Positions 43,496-54,229 of a stretch of 64,000 nucleotides of DNA are shown one piece after another (position 1 is the stretch's first letter; every line of letters starts with the position of its first letter). Below the pieces are notes generated by a model. The model was not told where the DNA came from. It made no database searches and saw only the letters and a program-made list of their open reading frames with translations. The position numbers were made by a program, and so were the translations under genes. Source of the DNA: an uncultured Phycisphaerales bacterium (GTDB taxonomy: Bacteria; Planctomycetota; Phycisphaerae; SM23-33; FEN-1343); the NCBI GenBank assembly GCA_963785635.1, contig CAWAWB010000007.1, positions 114,199-178,198 on the forward strand. The letters are read 5' to 3'.

Positions 43496-43605
43496 CCCAC
43501 CTGTTCTTTCGCGTTAGAGCAAACGGCATCATTGTACAAATGGAAAGCGGCGGCCAAAAGCCTCCGCATAGAATGAAATGCAGGCCATTTTGTAAGGGTG
43601 CAAGC

Positions 43606-44651
43606 ATGCTCAAACGCAGTGAGAATAATCCGCTGATCACGCCGCAATCGATCCAGCCGAGCCGAGGCGATGTGGAGGTGTACTGCACCATCAATCCCGC
43701 GGCGACGTGGCACGAAGGACAGGCGCTCTTGATGCTGCGCGTGGGCGAGCGGCCGATTCAGCAGGAGGGCTGGATATCTTCGCTGGTGTACGACCACTGC
43801 GGCGGGCAGATGAATATCCGCCGATTTTCGGTGAGCGATCCTGAAGTGAAAATCCTGGACGGGCGGACGTTTGAATATCAGGGCCGACGCATGCTCACCA
43901 GCCTGTCGCACCTGCGCATCGCCCGCAGCGGTGACCTGAAAACGTGGACCATCGACCCTGCGCCCGCGGTTTATCCCACAACTGAGTGGGAATCGTACGG
44001 CTGCGAGGATGCGCGGATCACCCCCTTAAACGGCCGCTACTACATCACGTACACGGCGGTCAGCCACCTGGGCGTCAACGTCATGCTGGCGGTGACGGAT
44101 GATTTCAAGGAGTATCAGAAGCTGGGCATCATCGCCCCCACCTTCAACAAGGATGTGTGCATCTTTCCCAAGAAAGTAAACCGGCGGTACGTCTGCCGGC
44201 ACCGCCCCTTCCGCACAGTTTTCAATGACCCGTGCATCTGGACGGCCTGGTCGCCGGATTTGTACCACTGGGGCGTGCATTCAGTATTGCACAGACCAGT
44301 GCCCGGCACATGGCAATCGGAGCGCGTGGGCGCGGGGCGCCGCCTATCCGCACGCATGCCGGCTGGCTGGAGATTTTCCACGGCAGCGACATCAATGGCC
44401 AGTACGGCCTGGCGGCGATGCTTACGGAACTGGAGCGGCCCGACCGGCTGATCGGCTATTCCGACCCGGTGCTGGCGCCCAAAGAGCCCTACGAGCAGAG
44501 CGGCGTGTACAGCCGGTGCGTCTTTTCCAACGGCGTGCTGGCGCACAAGGATGGCCGGCTGACCGTTTTCTACGGCGGTGCCGACACGGTCACCTGCGCC
44601 GCCGAGACGACGATCGATGAGATGATTGCGACCGTGCAGAACAGACGTTGA
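43606..44651 (+). CDS. GH130-family glycoside phosphorylase/hydrolase-like protein (apparent frameshift near 44290)
   Basis: MLKRSENNPLITPQ...EDARITPLNGRYYITYTA. The C-terminus is in ORF 44232..44651 (LTVFYGGADTVTCAAETTIDEMI). Confidence 0.55.
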
Positions 44652-44787
44652 TTGGTTCATCGGGACGAGAAGTCAATTAGTCATTTAGTCAACTGGTCAA
44701 TTAGCCGGAAAGACGCCCGCTTAGTCCGGCTAACACAAATTGACTAAGCAGCGAGCGGTAGGCGTAGTCGAACCGCGAGAGGACCAA

Positions 44788-45588
44788 TCATTTTTGTTTA
44801 TGTGCTTTCTTTTTCTCTCTGCGGCTGCCTTGCGCAGAACAAGATTGCCGGTTGATCATGGCGGCGATGTAGCCGCCGGCAAAGCCGTTATCTATGTTCA
44901 CCACACTGACGCCGGAGGCGCAGCTATTGAGCATGGTTAAAAGCGCCGCCACGCCGCCAAAGCTGGCGCCGTAGCCCACGCTGGTGGGCACGGCGATCAC
45001 GGGCGCGGAGACCAGCCCCCCCACGACGGAGGCTAATGCCCCTTCCATGCCGGCCACGGCCACGAGCGCCTTGGCCTGCCGCAGTTCAACGGCCTGGGCC
45101 AATAAACGATGAATGCCCGCCACGCCCACATCAAAATGCGTGGTGACGTTGGCGCCCATGACCTCGGCGGTCACGCGGGCCTCCTGGGCCACGGGAATAT
45201 CGCTAGTGCCGGCGGCCACGATGGCCACGTGGCCGACCTTTTCAGGCTTGTCCTTGCGCTCCAGAACAATTGTCCGCGCCGTCTGGTCATAATGCGCGGC
45301 GGGGAAGTCGGCCAGCACCGCCGCGGCCTGCTGGGCTGTAGCCCGCGTGGCCAGGACGCTCACGCCGGTAGAGGCCAGGCGGCCAAAAATCGTCCGCACC
45401 TGCTCCACGGTCTTGGAAGGGCAGAAAATCACTTCCGGAAATCCGCAGCGCAGCGTGCGATGGTGGTCCAGCGTGGCGAATTCCATCGATTCAAACGGCA
45501 GGTGCTGGAGCCGCGCAATGGCCTTGTCGGTGGACAGCTTGCCCGCGCGAACCTGTTCCAGCAGATGTTTGAGGGCGTCAATTTCCAT
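44788..45588 (-). CDS. larB: LarB-like (PurE-like AIR carboxylase fold) nickel-pincer cofactor biosynthesis protein
   Basis: GHVAIVAAGTSDIPVAQEA...ALVAVAGMEGALASVVGGLVSAPVIAVPTSVGYG. This is a PurE-like fold with the N-terminal extension typical of LarB. Confidence 0.55.
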   Translation of the reverse strand: MEIDALKHLLEQVRAGKLSTDKAIARLQHLPFESMEFATLDHHRTLRCGFPEVIFCPSKTVEQVRTIFGRLASTGVSVLATRATAQQAAAVLADFPAAHYDQTARTIVLERKDKPEKVGHVAIVAAGTSDIPVAQEARVTAEVMGANVTTHFDVGVAGIHRLLAQAVELRQAKALVAVAGMEGALASVVGGLVSAPVIAVPTSVGYGASFGGVAALLTMLNSCASGVSVVNIDNGFAGGYIAAMINRQSCSAQGSRREKKKAHKQK

Positions 45589-45916
45589 ATTGAATAATCT
45601 AATCGATAGACGGCCATTTACCTAGATGGGGGTAAACAGCGGAATAACAAAAATGGAAAGGCCGCCGAAGTTGGCGGTCTAAGAAAAGTTACTAAACACT
45701 TGTAACTCATTTGTATTACATAGGTTATTTAAGACCGCCAAGGCCGCCAACACCGCCAACGTGGCACGCTTGAGGTCTTCGGATTCTGTTAGAGTTTTTA
45801 TGTAACTATTTTTAGATACTGCAGTTAAGAAAAGCAGAGAGTTCGCGTTTTGGTAATCTGCGGTTCTTGGGTAGTCTCGGTAAGATTGATGTGCATGGAG
45901 GATTGTCTATTTGGAA

Positions 45917-48900
45917 TCACCCGCCGCTACGGGGCTTTTCGCCGAACTGGATGTCTACGCCCGCCTTGGTGCGGACGATCTTGAAGCGCGGGTAGGGCGT
46001 GGGCGAGAGCACCTGCTTGGAGTCCTGGTAGAAGACGTAGGCATTGGTGGCATCGGAGCCTTTCTCATCGCCCGTGACGAGAATGGTGTCCGTGTCGCCA
46101 TCAAAATTCAGGCGGCCGCCATAGCACTCGAGCGTGGAGGCCGAGGTGTTCTTCAGCCGCACGGCGTGAACCGCCTCAAGCCTGTCGAGGTCCAGGTGCA
46201 GATCATCCATGGTTGGTGTAGAGGGAGCAGTCGTTGTGGGTTTGGGCGCGTTGGTGAAGCGGGCGGTCAGATACCCGCAATCCAGTTCGCTGAGCTGGCC
46301 GGCGCCCATGGGCAGATCGGGCCGAATGTGCAGAGTTTCCTGGGCCACGATGCGCTTGCCGCTGGCCCAGCGGAACTGCACCGCGCCGGGGCCCGGATTG
46401 GCGGCGTCGGGGTTATCAAGCTGGGCCACCCAGGCCTTGCCATCGGGACGGGAGAGCCGCATCTGGCGGCTCCAGTTGAAGATCATCTGGCTGGGCCGCT
46501 CTGTCTGCTGGGGCATCAGGGGATCGCGATCGATCTGCGCGACCTGCCGCTGCGCCGAGGGGACCAGCGGCGGACGATAATCTTCGACGACCATCACGCC
46601 GTCGCCGCTAGCAACCATTTCGCCCGTGCGGCGGTTGGTCTGGATGTCCTGGCTGCGAACGAGCATGCGCCGCTGGAGATAGCCTGCCTCATCATCCACC
46701 TGCATGGACAGCCGCACATCAGTTGTGGCGTGTACGGTCTGGACCAGGCGGCGGCCCAGAAGGGCGGAACTCGAATCGGCCTGCGAGGCGGCCGGCCTGC
46801 TGGCGGCCGGTTTATTCTGAGGCGCGACGGCCAAGGCCAGCTTGAGCTTCTGGCAGCGCATGTGATCGCCCGGACCTTGGTCAGCCGGCAAAGAGCCGGG
46901 GGCGACGGGCCAAGTGAGGTTATCCATACTATCGAACGCCACATTTCCGGTCAGCGTCAAACGATCCTGGATGGGATCATCCTCGCCCTGCGGGATAGTG
47001 TCAGGAGCGGCCATGGCCAGGGCCTCTCGATCGGCCGGGACAAACACCATGCGCTGATCCCAGCGCACCAGAGCGGGCCGGGGCTGCGACAGCGGGCGGC
47101 CGTTCAGGTCCTCCGCCAGCAGCGTATAGGCGTTGCCGGGACACGGCACCTCGACCCGTAAAAGCTGGTTGTTCGGGTCGGTGTGCAGGACCATGTTCTG
47201 GGCCATCATGTGCGTGTTGCCCTGCGTGACCGTGGCGGGCGTGCCGGAAAGGTAATGCTCCCCCTTCTCCAGGCTGCTGGTGAGCGTGTCGCCTTCGATG
47301 CGCAGATGCTGCTCGGGCTGGATCAGAATCACGCCGCCCGAGGCATCGATCTTGGTAGCCACGAAGGGCGTCTTGCGGGCCTTCTGCTCCAGATCGCCGG
47401 CGGGTCGCAGGAAGATTGAAACTCGATCCGAGGCCAGTTCGCCTGCGGAAGTTTTTTCACTGCTCGGCGGGCCCTGGGTGAATGATTCGGCCATATCGCC
47501 ACGGATGTGCACATTCTCCCAGGCATCCACGCGTTCGATGCGCGGCAGCGAGCTGCGCTCGTGGGACTGGGCGGCGGTTTGCGCCCGCCGGGGCGAAGGG
47601 AATCCGCATGTGCTCGGCGGACATTTGGCCGCTGCGGGCGTGAAATACCGCCTGGCCTTCCAGCGTGGCCAGCGTGGGCTGGCGGTCCACGCGGCCGTTG
47701 GCATCGGGCTGAACCTTGTATTCCAGCACCATGCCTCGCTGCCACTGGACGCTGGAGGAATCGGCCGGGGTGCTGGCCGGGGCTGAAGCGGCCGCGCGTT
47801 GGGTGAGGTTTATGGTTCCAGGCCCGTCGATGCGGGCCGCGCCGGCCTTGTCGTCCAATTTGATGTCGCGGCCGACAACTTTTACGCCGTCGCCGGTGGT
47901 CATCTCCACCAGCCGATCGGAGGCGGAGGCCAGGCGGCCCCAATCGCCCTGGGTTTCAAACAGGTCGCAATTGGCCGCCACGTCGACGACATGCGAGGGG
48001 GCCACTGATTGCTCCGCGTGTTTTTGCCCCCGCGCGAAAACTTTTTTGAAGGTTCCCAGGCTCATCCTGCTGCCCATCAGCGAACCGTTGGCCACAATGC
48101 GCGGCTGCGTGGTTGACGGCGCGGGAATATTGGGATCCGCCGGCACGAGCTCCAGCGAGCCGGCCCATTGAATCTCAGTGGCATCCTCGCCCACCTGATT
48201 CAACCTTTTTGCCTCCGGCGCGCTGGCCGTGGCAGCGCCCCCCGCCGCTGAGGAAGCGGCACCGTTGCCTTCGCCGCCGGCTGCGGCGGGTTTCACCATG
48301 CTCTTGCTGAGCTTGTACGTGAACAAGGCTTCCAGGTTGTTGGCGTCCTTAAGCCAGCCGCGGGCGCTGGTCACCTGGATGCTGTCGGCTAACTTGAGGT
48401 CATACGCGGTTGTTTCGGGAGCGGACTGTGAAACTGGAGCCGGTTGGGTCTCGGCAGATGATGCCGTCGCCGCCGGAGATGATGAGGCAGCCGCCTGCTG
48501 CTCCTGGCGCGGCTGTTTTAGCAGCGCCGGGTCCAAGCGGATCGTTCCCGCCCCAGCCAGCCGCAAACGCCTAAGCGTCCACGGCGTGGGCGCCTCGATC
48601 ATGTTCCAACTGAAGGAGAGGTCGCGGCTCTGCAATTCCAGGCCCGCGCCCTGGATGCGCACCGAGCCGGGCGCTTCCATTTCCTGGCGCTGGAGGTCCA
48701 GGTCCAGCCGCTCCAGATCGGCACGCAGGAGCTGGCCTGTATCCTCGCCGGACTGATCGGGCACGCGGGAAACGGTTATTTCAACGCCGTCCATCAGCGA
48801 GGCGAAGCGCGGCACGATCTTGCCGCCGGTGACATCCGCCACGATGGAGCCCTTGGCGGCCGTCAGCTTGATGGTCTGGCCGCTTTCGGGCAGGAGCTCG

Positions 48901-49199
48901 ATAGAGGGCTCGGTGAGCTGGAACTGGTCGCCGGCCTGTGTGGCCAGCTTGGCACTATAGATCGCGCGGCGGCGGCCGGTCTGTGGGTCGGCGTAATACC
49001 AGACGGGTCTGACCAGCGGGCCCACGTTGACGCCGACGATCTTGCCGCCAGCCTGATTGGGATCGATTTCCACCGGCTCGAGATTCCCCACCATCGGGCG
49101 AGGGACGCGGCGCGATGAGGAAGTGTACTGGCGAATGAGCAGGAAGGCGCCGACCAGCACCGCCAACGTCAACATAACCAGGGCAATTCGTCTGAACAT
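45917..49199 (-). CDS. Large periplasmic LptC-like plus LptA/OstA-like repeat protein (apparent frameshift near 47560)
   Basis: The N-terminal TM anchor is MFRRIALVMLTLAVLVGAFLL, then LptC-like and repeated OstA-like beta-jellyroll segments (ORFs 47457..49199 and 45917..47704). The gene lies downstream of kdsD-kdsC, as lptC-lptA does in other bacteria. Confidence 0.45.
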
Positions 49200-49202
49200 C
49201 GG

Positions 49203-49718
49203 TTATTCGTATCGCTCCATAATTGATGTCCACTGCCCTGAGGCCTTCAGCAGTTTTTCGATGGCCCAGCGGACCGCGCCTTCACCGCCGCGCTGCGGGG
49301 CGACCCAGTCGGCGATGGCCTTGACCTCATCGACCGCATCGGCCGTGGTTATGGCCAGCCCGCAGGAGCGCATGCAGGGAATGTCGGGAAGATCGTCGCC
49401 GATGTAGGCCGTTCGTTCAGGGATTACTCTAAGTTCGGCGAGAATCTCCTCGAACACCGGGTATTTTAAAAGTGCGCCTTGGCGGATAATCGAAACGCCA
49501 AGCTCACCGCCGCGCCGATCGACGATGGGGCTTTGCCGGCCGGTCAGAAGTGCGCTGCGTTTGCCCGCGCGATGCCAGTACTTGATGCCCGCGCCGTCCC
49601 GGACGTTGAAGCTCTTGCTCTCCCCGCCTGCGTCGTCATAGATGATCCGGCCATCCGTCAGGACGCCGTCCACATCCAGCACGAGCAATTCGATTTTCGC
49701 GGGATCGTCCTTAGGCAT
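49203..49718 (-). CDS. kdsC: 3-deoxy-D-manno-octulosonate 8-phosphate phosphatase KdsC (HAD family)
   Basis: IELLVLDVDGVLTDGRIIY...AYIGDDLPDIP. Confidence 0.75.
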   Translation of the reverse strand: MPKDDPAKIELLVLDVDGVLTDGRIIYDDAGGESKSFNVRDGAGIKYWHRAGKRSALLTGRQSPIVDRRGGELGVSIIRQGALLKYPVFEEILAELRVIPERTAYIGDDLPDIPCMRSCGLAITTADAVDEVKAIADWVAPQRGGEGAVRWAIEKLLKASGQWTSIMERYE

Positions 49719-50749
49719 GGTCCGCGCTCCCCATGCCCACCAAGTCCTTGAGGTCCACCAGGCCGACAGGCCTGCCCGCCTCATCCAGCACGGGCAGTTC
49801 GGCGATGCGGAACTTGGTCATGATTTCCAGCGCCTCGCTGGCTAGCGAGGTGGCGCGGATCGTGTGCGGGTTGCGGATCATCACCTCAGTGACGGGCAGG
49901 TCGAGGAACGAGCCATCCTGGTTGCTCAAACGTCGACGCAGGTCGGAGTCGGCCAGGATGCCGGTGAGTTTGCCGCCGTCATCCACCAGCACGAGCACCG
50001 CCGCGCGGCGGAAGATTTTTTCGCCTTCAGCCAGGGCCTGCCGCACGGTCAGCGATTGCTTGGCCAGCGCCAGCCGCTCGCCGCGGCGAAAGCTCATGAC
50101 GCGCTCCACGCGCAGGAAGGTCAGACCCAGCGAGCCGCCGGGATGAAAGACGGCGTAGTCTTCCGGGCTGAATTGCCGGATGCCGCATGACGGTGAGAGC
50201 CAGGGCATCACCCAAGGCCAGCATGCAGGTGGTGGAGGCGGATGGCGCCAGCTCCAGCGGGCAGGCTTCTTTCACCGCGCCATACACGATGGCCACATCC
50301 GAATCGACGGCCAGGTGCGAACCCGCCTCGCTGGTCATGGCGATGACGGCAATGTTGGCACGCTTGAGATGATCCAGCAGCACCAGGAGTTCGCGCGTCG
50401 CGCCGGAATGGGAAAGGGCCAGCACCACATCGGAGGGCCGCACGCGGCCTAGATCACCGTGAACCGCATCGGTGGGATGGATGAAAATGGAGGGCGTGCC
50501 GGTGGAGGCCATGGTGGCGGAAATCTTTGCGCCGACAAGGCCGGCCTTGCCCACGCCGGTGACGACTACCTGGCCGGTACACTCGTGCAGAATGCGCACG
50601 GCTTGGGCGAAAGCCGCATCGACGCACTTCTCCAGCCGCGCCACGGCCGCCGCCTCGCCTGTGAGCACACCGCGAGCAAAAGCTAAATCCTGTTCCGAAG
50701 GGACCATCCGAAGCATTATCATTGCCGATGTATAAACGGTCAAGTACAA
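49711..50749 (-). CDS. kdsD: Arabinose-5-phosphate isomerase KdsD/KpsF (SIS + tandem CBS), apparent frameshift near 50200
   Basis: The SIS domain VVVTGVGKAGLVGAKISATMASTG is in ORF 50027..50749. The CBS pair is in ORF 49711..50211. Start codon is uncertain. Confidence 0.7.
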
Positions 50750-50759
50750 CCGGTGAGCA

Positions 50760-51501
50760 ATGATAACGCCTGAAACAGTGTACGGGATCGGCCTGACGAT
50801 GCTGCCGATCCTTATGAGCTTGGTGATTCATGAGTTCGCCCATGCGCGGACGGCCCTGGCCTTCGGCGATCCGACGGCCAAATTGATGGGCCGCTGCACC
50901 TTTAACCCGCTGGCCCATCTGGACCCGCTGGGCACGGCGTTGATGGTCTTCGTAGGTTTTGGCTGGGCCAAGCCTGTGCCGGTAAACCCGTTTAATCTCC
51001 ACCCGCCGCGGATGGGGAATATCTGCGTGAGCCTGGCCGGGCCCTTCAGCAATCTGGGGCTGGCGCTGGCGCTGCGCCGTGGCCATGCGCATTTTGGTGG
51101 CTTGCGGCTGCGCGGTTAATATTGATGGTGATTTCAAAGCAATTGACCTGGCGTTCTTCCTGCTGACCTACGGAATGCTGATCAACTTGAATCTGGCGGT
51201 GTTCAATCTCATTCCGCTCTTCCCGCTGGATGGCCACCACATCGGGCGAGAAACGCTGCCCGCCGCCGCGCGGCAGGGGTACATGCACTGGCAGATACGC
51301 TACGGCATGTATGCTTTCCTGCTTTTGTGGATCGGGCCGCAACTGCTCAGGTGGACCACGGGAATCAACATCAATCCCCTCGGCTGGTACCTGGGGCACG
51401 TGGTCGGGCCGATGATGGATTTCCTGATCGGCAAGAGCGGCGAATTGCCTGCCTGGACCGCCTTTTTAAAATTTGAGCCGTATTTGTTCTGGAGACATTG
51501 A
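50760..51501 (+). CDS. Site-2 protease family (M50) zinc metallopeptidase (apparent frameshift near 51090)
   Basis: HEFAH zinc motif in TM helix 1 (ORF 50760..51119). LAVFNLIPLFPLDG is in ORF 51079..51501. Confidence 0.7.
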
Positions 51502-51519
51502 TCTAGGATTCCGCAAGCT

Positions 51520-52519
51520 ATGAGCACCACCAAAGCCACCAAGCGCGTTCTTTCGGGCATTCAACCATCCGGACGGCTGCACCTGGGCAATTATCTGGGC
51601 GCGATTCGCCAGTATTTGAAGTTGCAGCAAGAAGGCCATGAGTGCTTCTACTTCATCGCCAACTACCATGCGATGACGTCGCTCCAGGATAAGGCCGAGC
51701 TGGAAGCCTCCACGCTGCACGTCGCGATGGCGTACCTGGCGCTGGGCATCGACCCGAATCGCAGCGTGTTTTTCGTGCAGTCGGATGTGCCGGAGGTGAC
51801 CGAGCTGTGCTGGATCCTCAACACGGTCTGCCCGGTGAGCCTGATGCAAAAGGCCACCAGCTACAAGGACAAAGTGGCGCGCGGCCTGGCCGCGAACATG
51901 GGCCTGTTCGATTACCCGGTGCTCCAGGCGGCGGATATCGTGATTTACGATTCGCACCTGGTGCCCGTAGGCCAGGACCAGAAGCAGCATATTGAAATCA
52001 CGCGCGATGTGGCCTGCGCGCTTCAACCAGGCCTACGGCAAGGAGGTCCTGGTGCTGCCCGAGCCGTACATCGTGCCGGAGGTGGCGATCGTGCCAGGCA
52101 TCGATGGACAGAAGATGTCCAAGAGCTATGACAACACGATTGAGATTTTCCAGACGCCCAAGCAGACATCCAAGCGATGCGCTCTGATTGTGACGGATTC
52201 TACTCCGTTGGAGGCGCCCAAGGACCCGGATCGCGACAATGTGTTCGCCCTGATAAAGCTTTTGGCCGCGCCGGCCGAGGTGGAGGAGATTGCCGCCAAA
52301 TACCGAGCCGGCGGTTATGGGTATGGCCACGCAAAATCGCGCCTGGCGGAGCTGATTAATGAGCTCTTTGCTCAGCCGCGCGAGCGATACGGCGAGTTGG
52401 AAAAACGGCCGGATGAAGTCCGCGACATCCTCCGCGAAGGCGGCAAAAAAGCGAGGCGAGTCGCCGATGCGACCTTGCAGCGCGTGCGCGATGCGGCGGG
52501 AATCCTGGTCCATAGATGA
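51520..52519 (+). CDS. trpS: Tryptophan--tRNA ligase TrpS (apparent frameshift near 52000)
   Basis: The N-terminus is in ORF 51520..52131, and the KMSKS region (KMSKSYDNTIEIF) is in ORF 51992..52519. Confidence 0.9.
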
Positions 52520-52539
52520 CAGACAGGCCCGGCCTGCAC

Positions 52540-52700
52540 GCCCACGAAGGTGCGCAACTAGGCTTCAGTTGCGCATCTTCTTGAGCACCTTGGGGCCAGC
52601 CCTTTATTTACAAGGACTTACGCGCGATTTTTGTCCCTCAATCGCTCCGGGCTTGCGCATCTTCGACGGGCACCTTATTTGACAAGCACTTACGCGCCGA
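52540..52700. repeat. R2-family intergenic repeat: two tandem ~70-bp units (TTGCGCATCTTC...CTTTATTTACAAGGACTTACGCGCG)
   Basis: Unit 1 is 52541-52610 and unit 2 is 52629-52690. These are related to 24918-25060 in inverted orientation. A nearby palindrome caactggtcatcttgaccagttg lies at 52819-52841. Confidence 0.55.
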
Positions 52701-52958
52701 AAAAACGCCCAAAAACGCGAAGGTGCGCAAGATGCTCCCCTCTGAGCGCCTTCGCGACAAATAATCTTACCCAGTTTACCCTTCTTGCCCAGATTGCCAG
52801 AAATGCCAAAGTGCAGTGTTCCATACCGCGAAGCCCATCAACTGGTCATCTTGACCAGTTGAGCGAGCATAGCCGGTCCACGGTCTCCCCCACAGCCACG
52901 TGTCATTTGGTATGATGATTGCACGGGATGCGCTTTCCTCCCAGCCTGGCGCATTTTT

Positions 52959-54098
52959 TTGGAGGTAAATGTGTTTTCGGGAGCGAGCGATCTAACGACG
53001 GAGGTACTCACTCAGCCAAGCGAGCTAGCCGCGCTGGCAGACGCCTGGAATGAGTTGTTGGTCGATAGCAACGAAAACACCGTCTTTTTGACCTGGCAGT
53101 GGCTCAGCACCTGGCTGGCCGTAGTCTATCCCGACGCGAAATTGCTGACCGTGGTAGTCCGCCAGCGCGGCGGACGATTGATCGGGATAGCCCCCTTCTA
53201 CCTTTCGACGCTGCACCTAGTCGGCGGGCTTTCGTTTGATTGCCTGCGTATCCTGGGCGACCGCCACAGCAGCAGCGAATACGGCAACATGATCCTGAGA
53301 AAGGGATACGAGTCGCAGGCAGTCCCGCTGATTCTGCAAACCCTGCTGGACCATTCCAGCGATTGGCACGTCATCTGGATGCCCAAGACGGCCACCTGGA
53401 GCGGCACCGGCGACCTGATCCTCCTGGCCTGCGCCAAGATGAACCTTATCCTGCACCGAAGAACCGTTCATTTTTCGATGGCAGATTTGGGAAACGATTA
53501 CAACGAATGGATGCGGCGCCTGACCCACAAATGGCGCGGCTATCTGCAGCACACGAGCAAGAAGCTGCTGGCCGCGCACGAAGTTGAACACGTTCAGCCC
53601 GCCTCCGCGGAAGAAGTGCCGCAATACCTAAGTGCCCTGTTTGCGCTGCACCGAAATCGCTGGGCATCGGTCGGGATAACCGGCTCTTTTGACCGCAGCC
53701 CCTTCAAGAAGCTGTTTTATGAGCAGATTTCCCAGGAGGCTTACAAACTGGGCTGGCTGCAACTGGACGCCCTGCGCATCGATGGCCAGATCAAGGCGGT
53801 GCAGTTCGGCTACATCTACAATGGCGCGCTGAAGGCTGTCCAGGAGGGTTTTGATCCGGACAGCGCCAACGGCATCGGCAACGTACTGCGACACCGCGTG
53901 ATCGAGCGAATGATCGGACTGGGCCTCGGAGAGTACGATTTCCTGGCAGGCTTTAACCAGCACAAGAAACACTGGGCCACCCGGGTCCGGTTGGGACATG
54001 ACCTGTGGATCGGCCGCAACTGTTTGCGAAGCAGGCTGCTATTGGCCAAGCCATTCTGGCCCACCAGCCGCCTGCTCCGCGAAGGCATGCCGGAATAG
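52959..54098 (+). CDS. GNAT-superfamily acetyltransferase of the FemAB/CelD-BcsL-like (Acetyltransf_6) type
   Basis: 379 aa. The C-terminal region DALRIDGQIKAVQFGYIYNGALKAVQEGFD resembles CelD/BcsL-like GNAT domains. Confidence 0.4.
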   Translation: MEVNVFSGASDLTTEVLTQPSELAALADAWNELLVDSNENTVFLTWQWLSTWLAVVYPDAKLLTVVVRQRGGRLIGIAPFYLSTLHLVGGLSFDCLRILGDRHSSSEYGNMILRKGYESQAVPLILQTLLDHSSDWHVIWMPKTATWSGTGDLILLACAKMNLILHRRTVHFSMADLGNDYNEWMRRLTHKWRGYLQHTSKKLLAAHEVEHVQPASAEEVPQYLSALFALHRNRWASVGITGSFDRSPFKKLFYEQISQEAYKLGWLQLDALRIDGQIKAVQFGYIYNGALKAVQEGFDPDSANGIGNVLRHRVIERMIGLGLGEYDFLAGFNQHKKHWATRVRLGHDLWIGRNCLRSRLLLAKPFWPTSRLLREGMPE

Positions 54099-54229
54099 GC
54101 TGGAGGCTGGTGGCTGGAGGGATATCGTCGATGGCGGCGGCTGAAGCTTGTTAAGATTGACTAAACGAAGCGGCCCGCGAGGCGTTTTAAAACCCGCGGG
54201 CCGCGTGCATTTCCATCACACTGTCAAAA

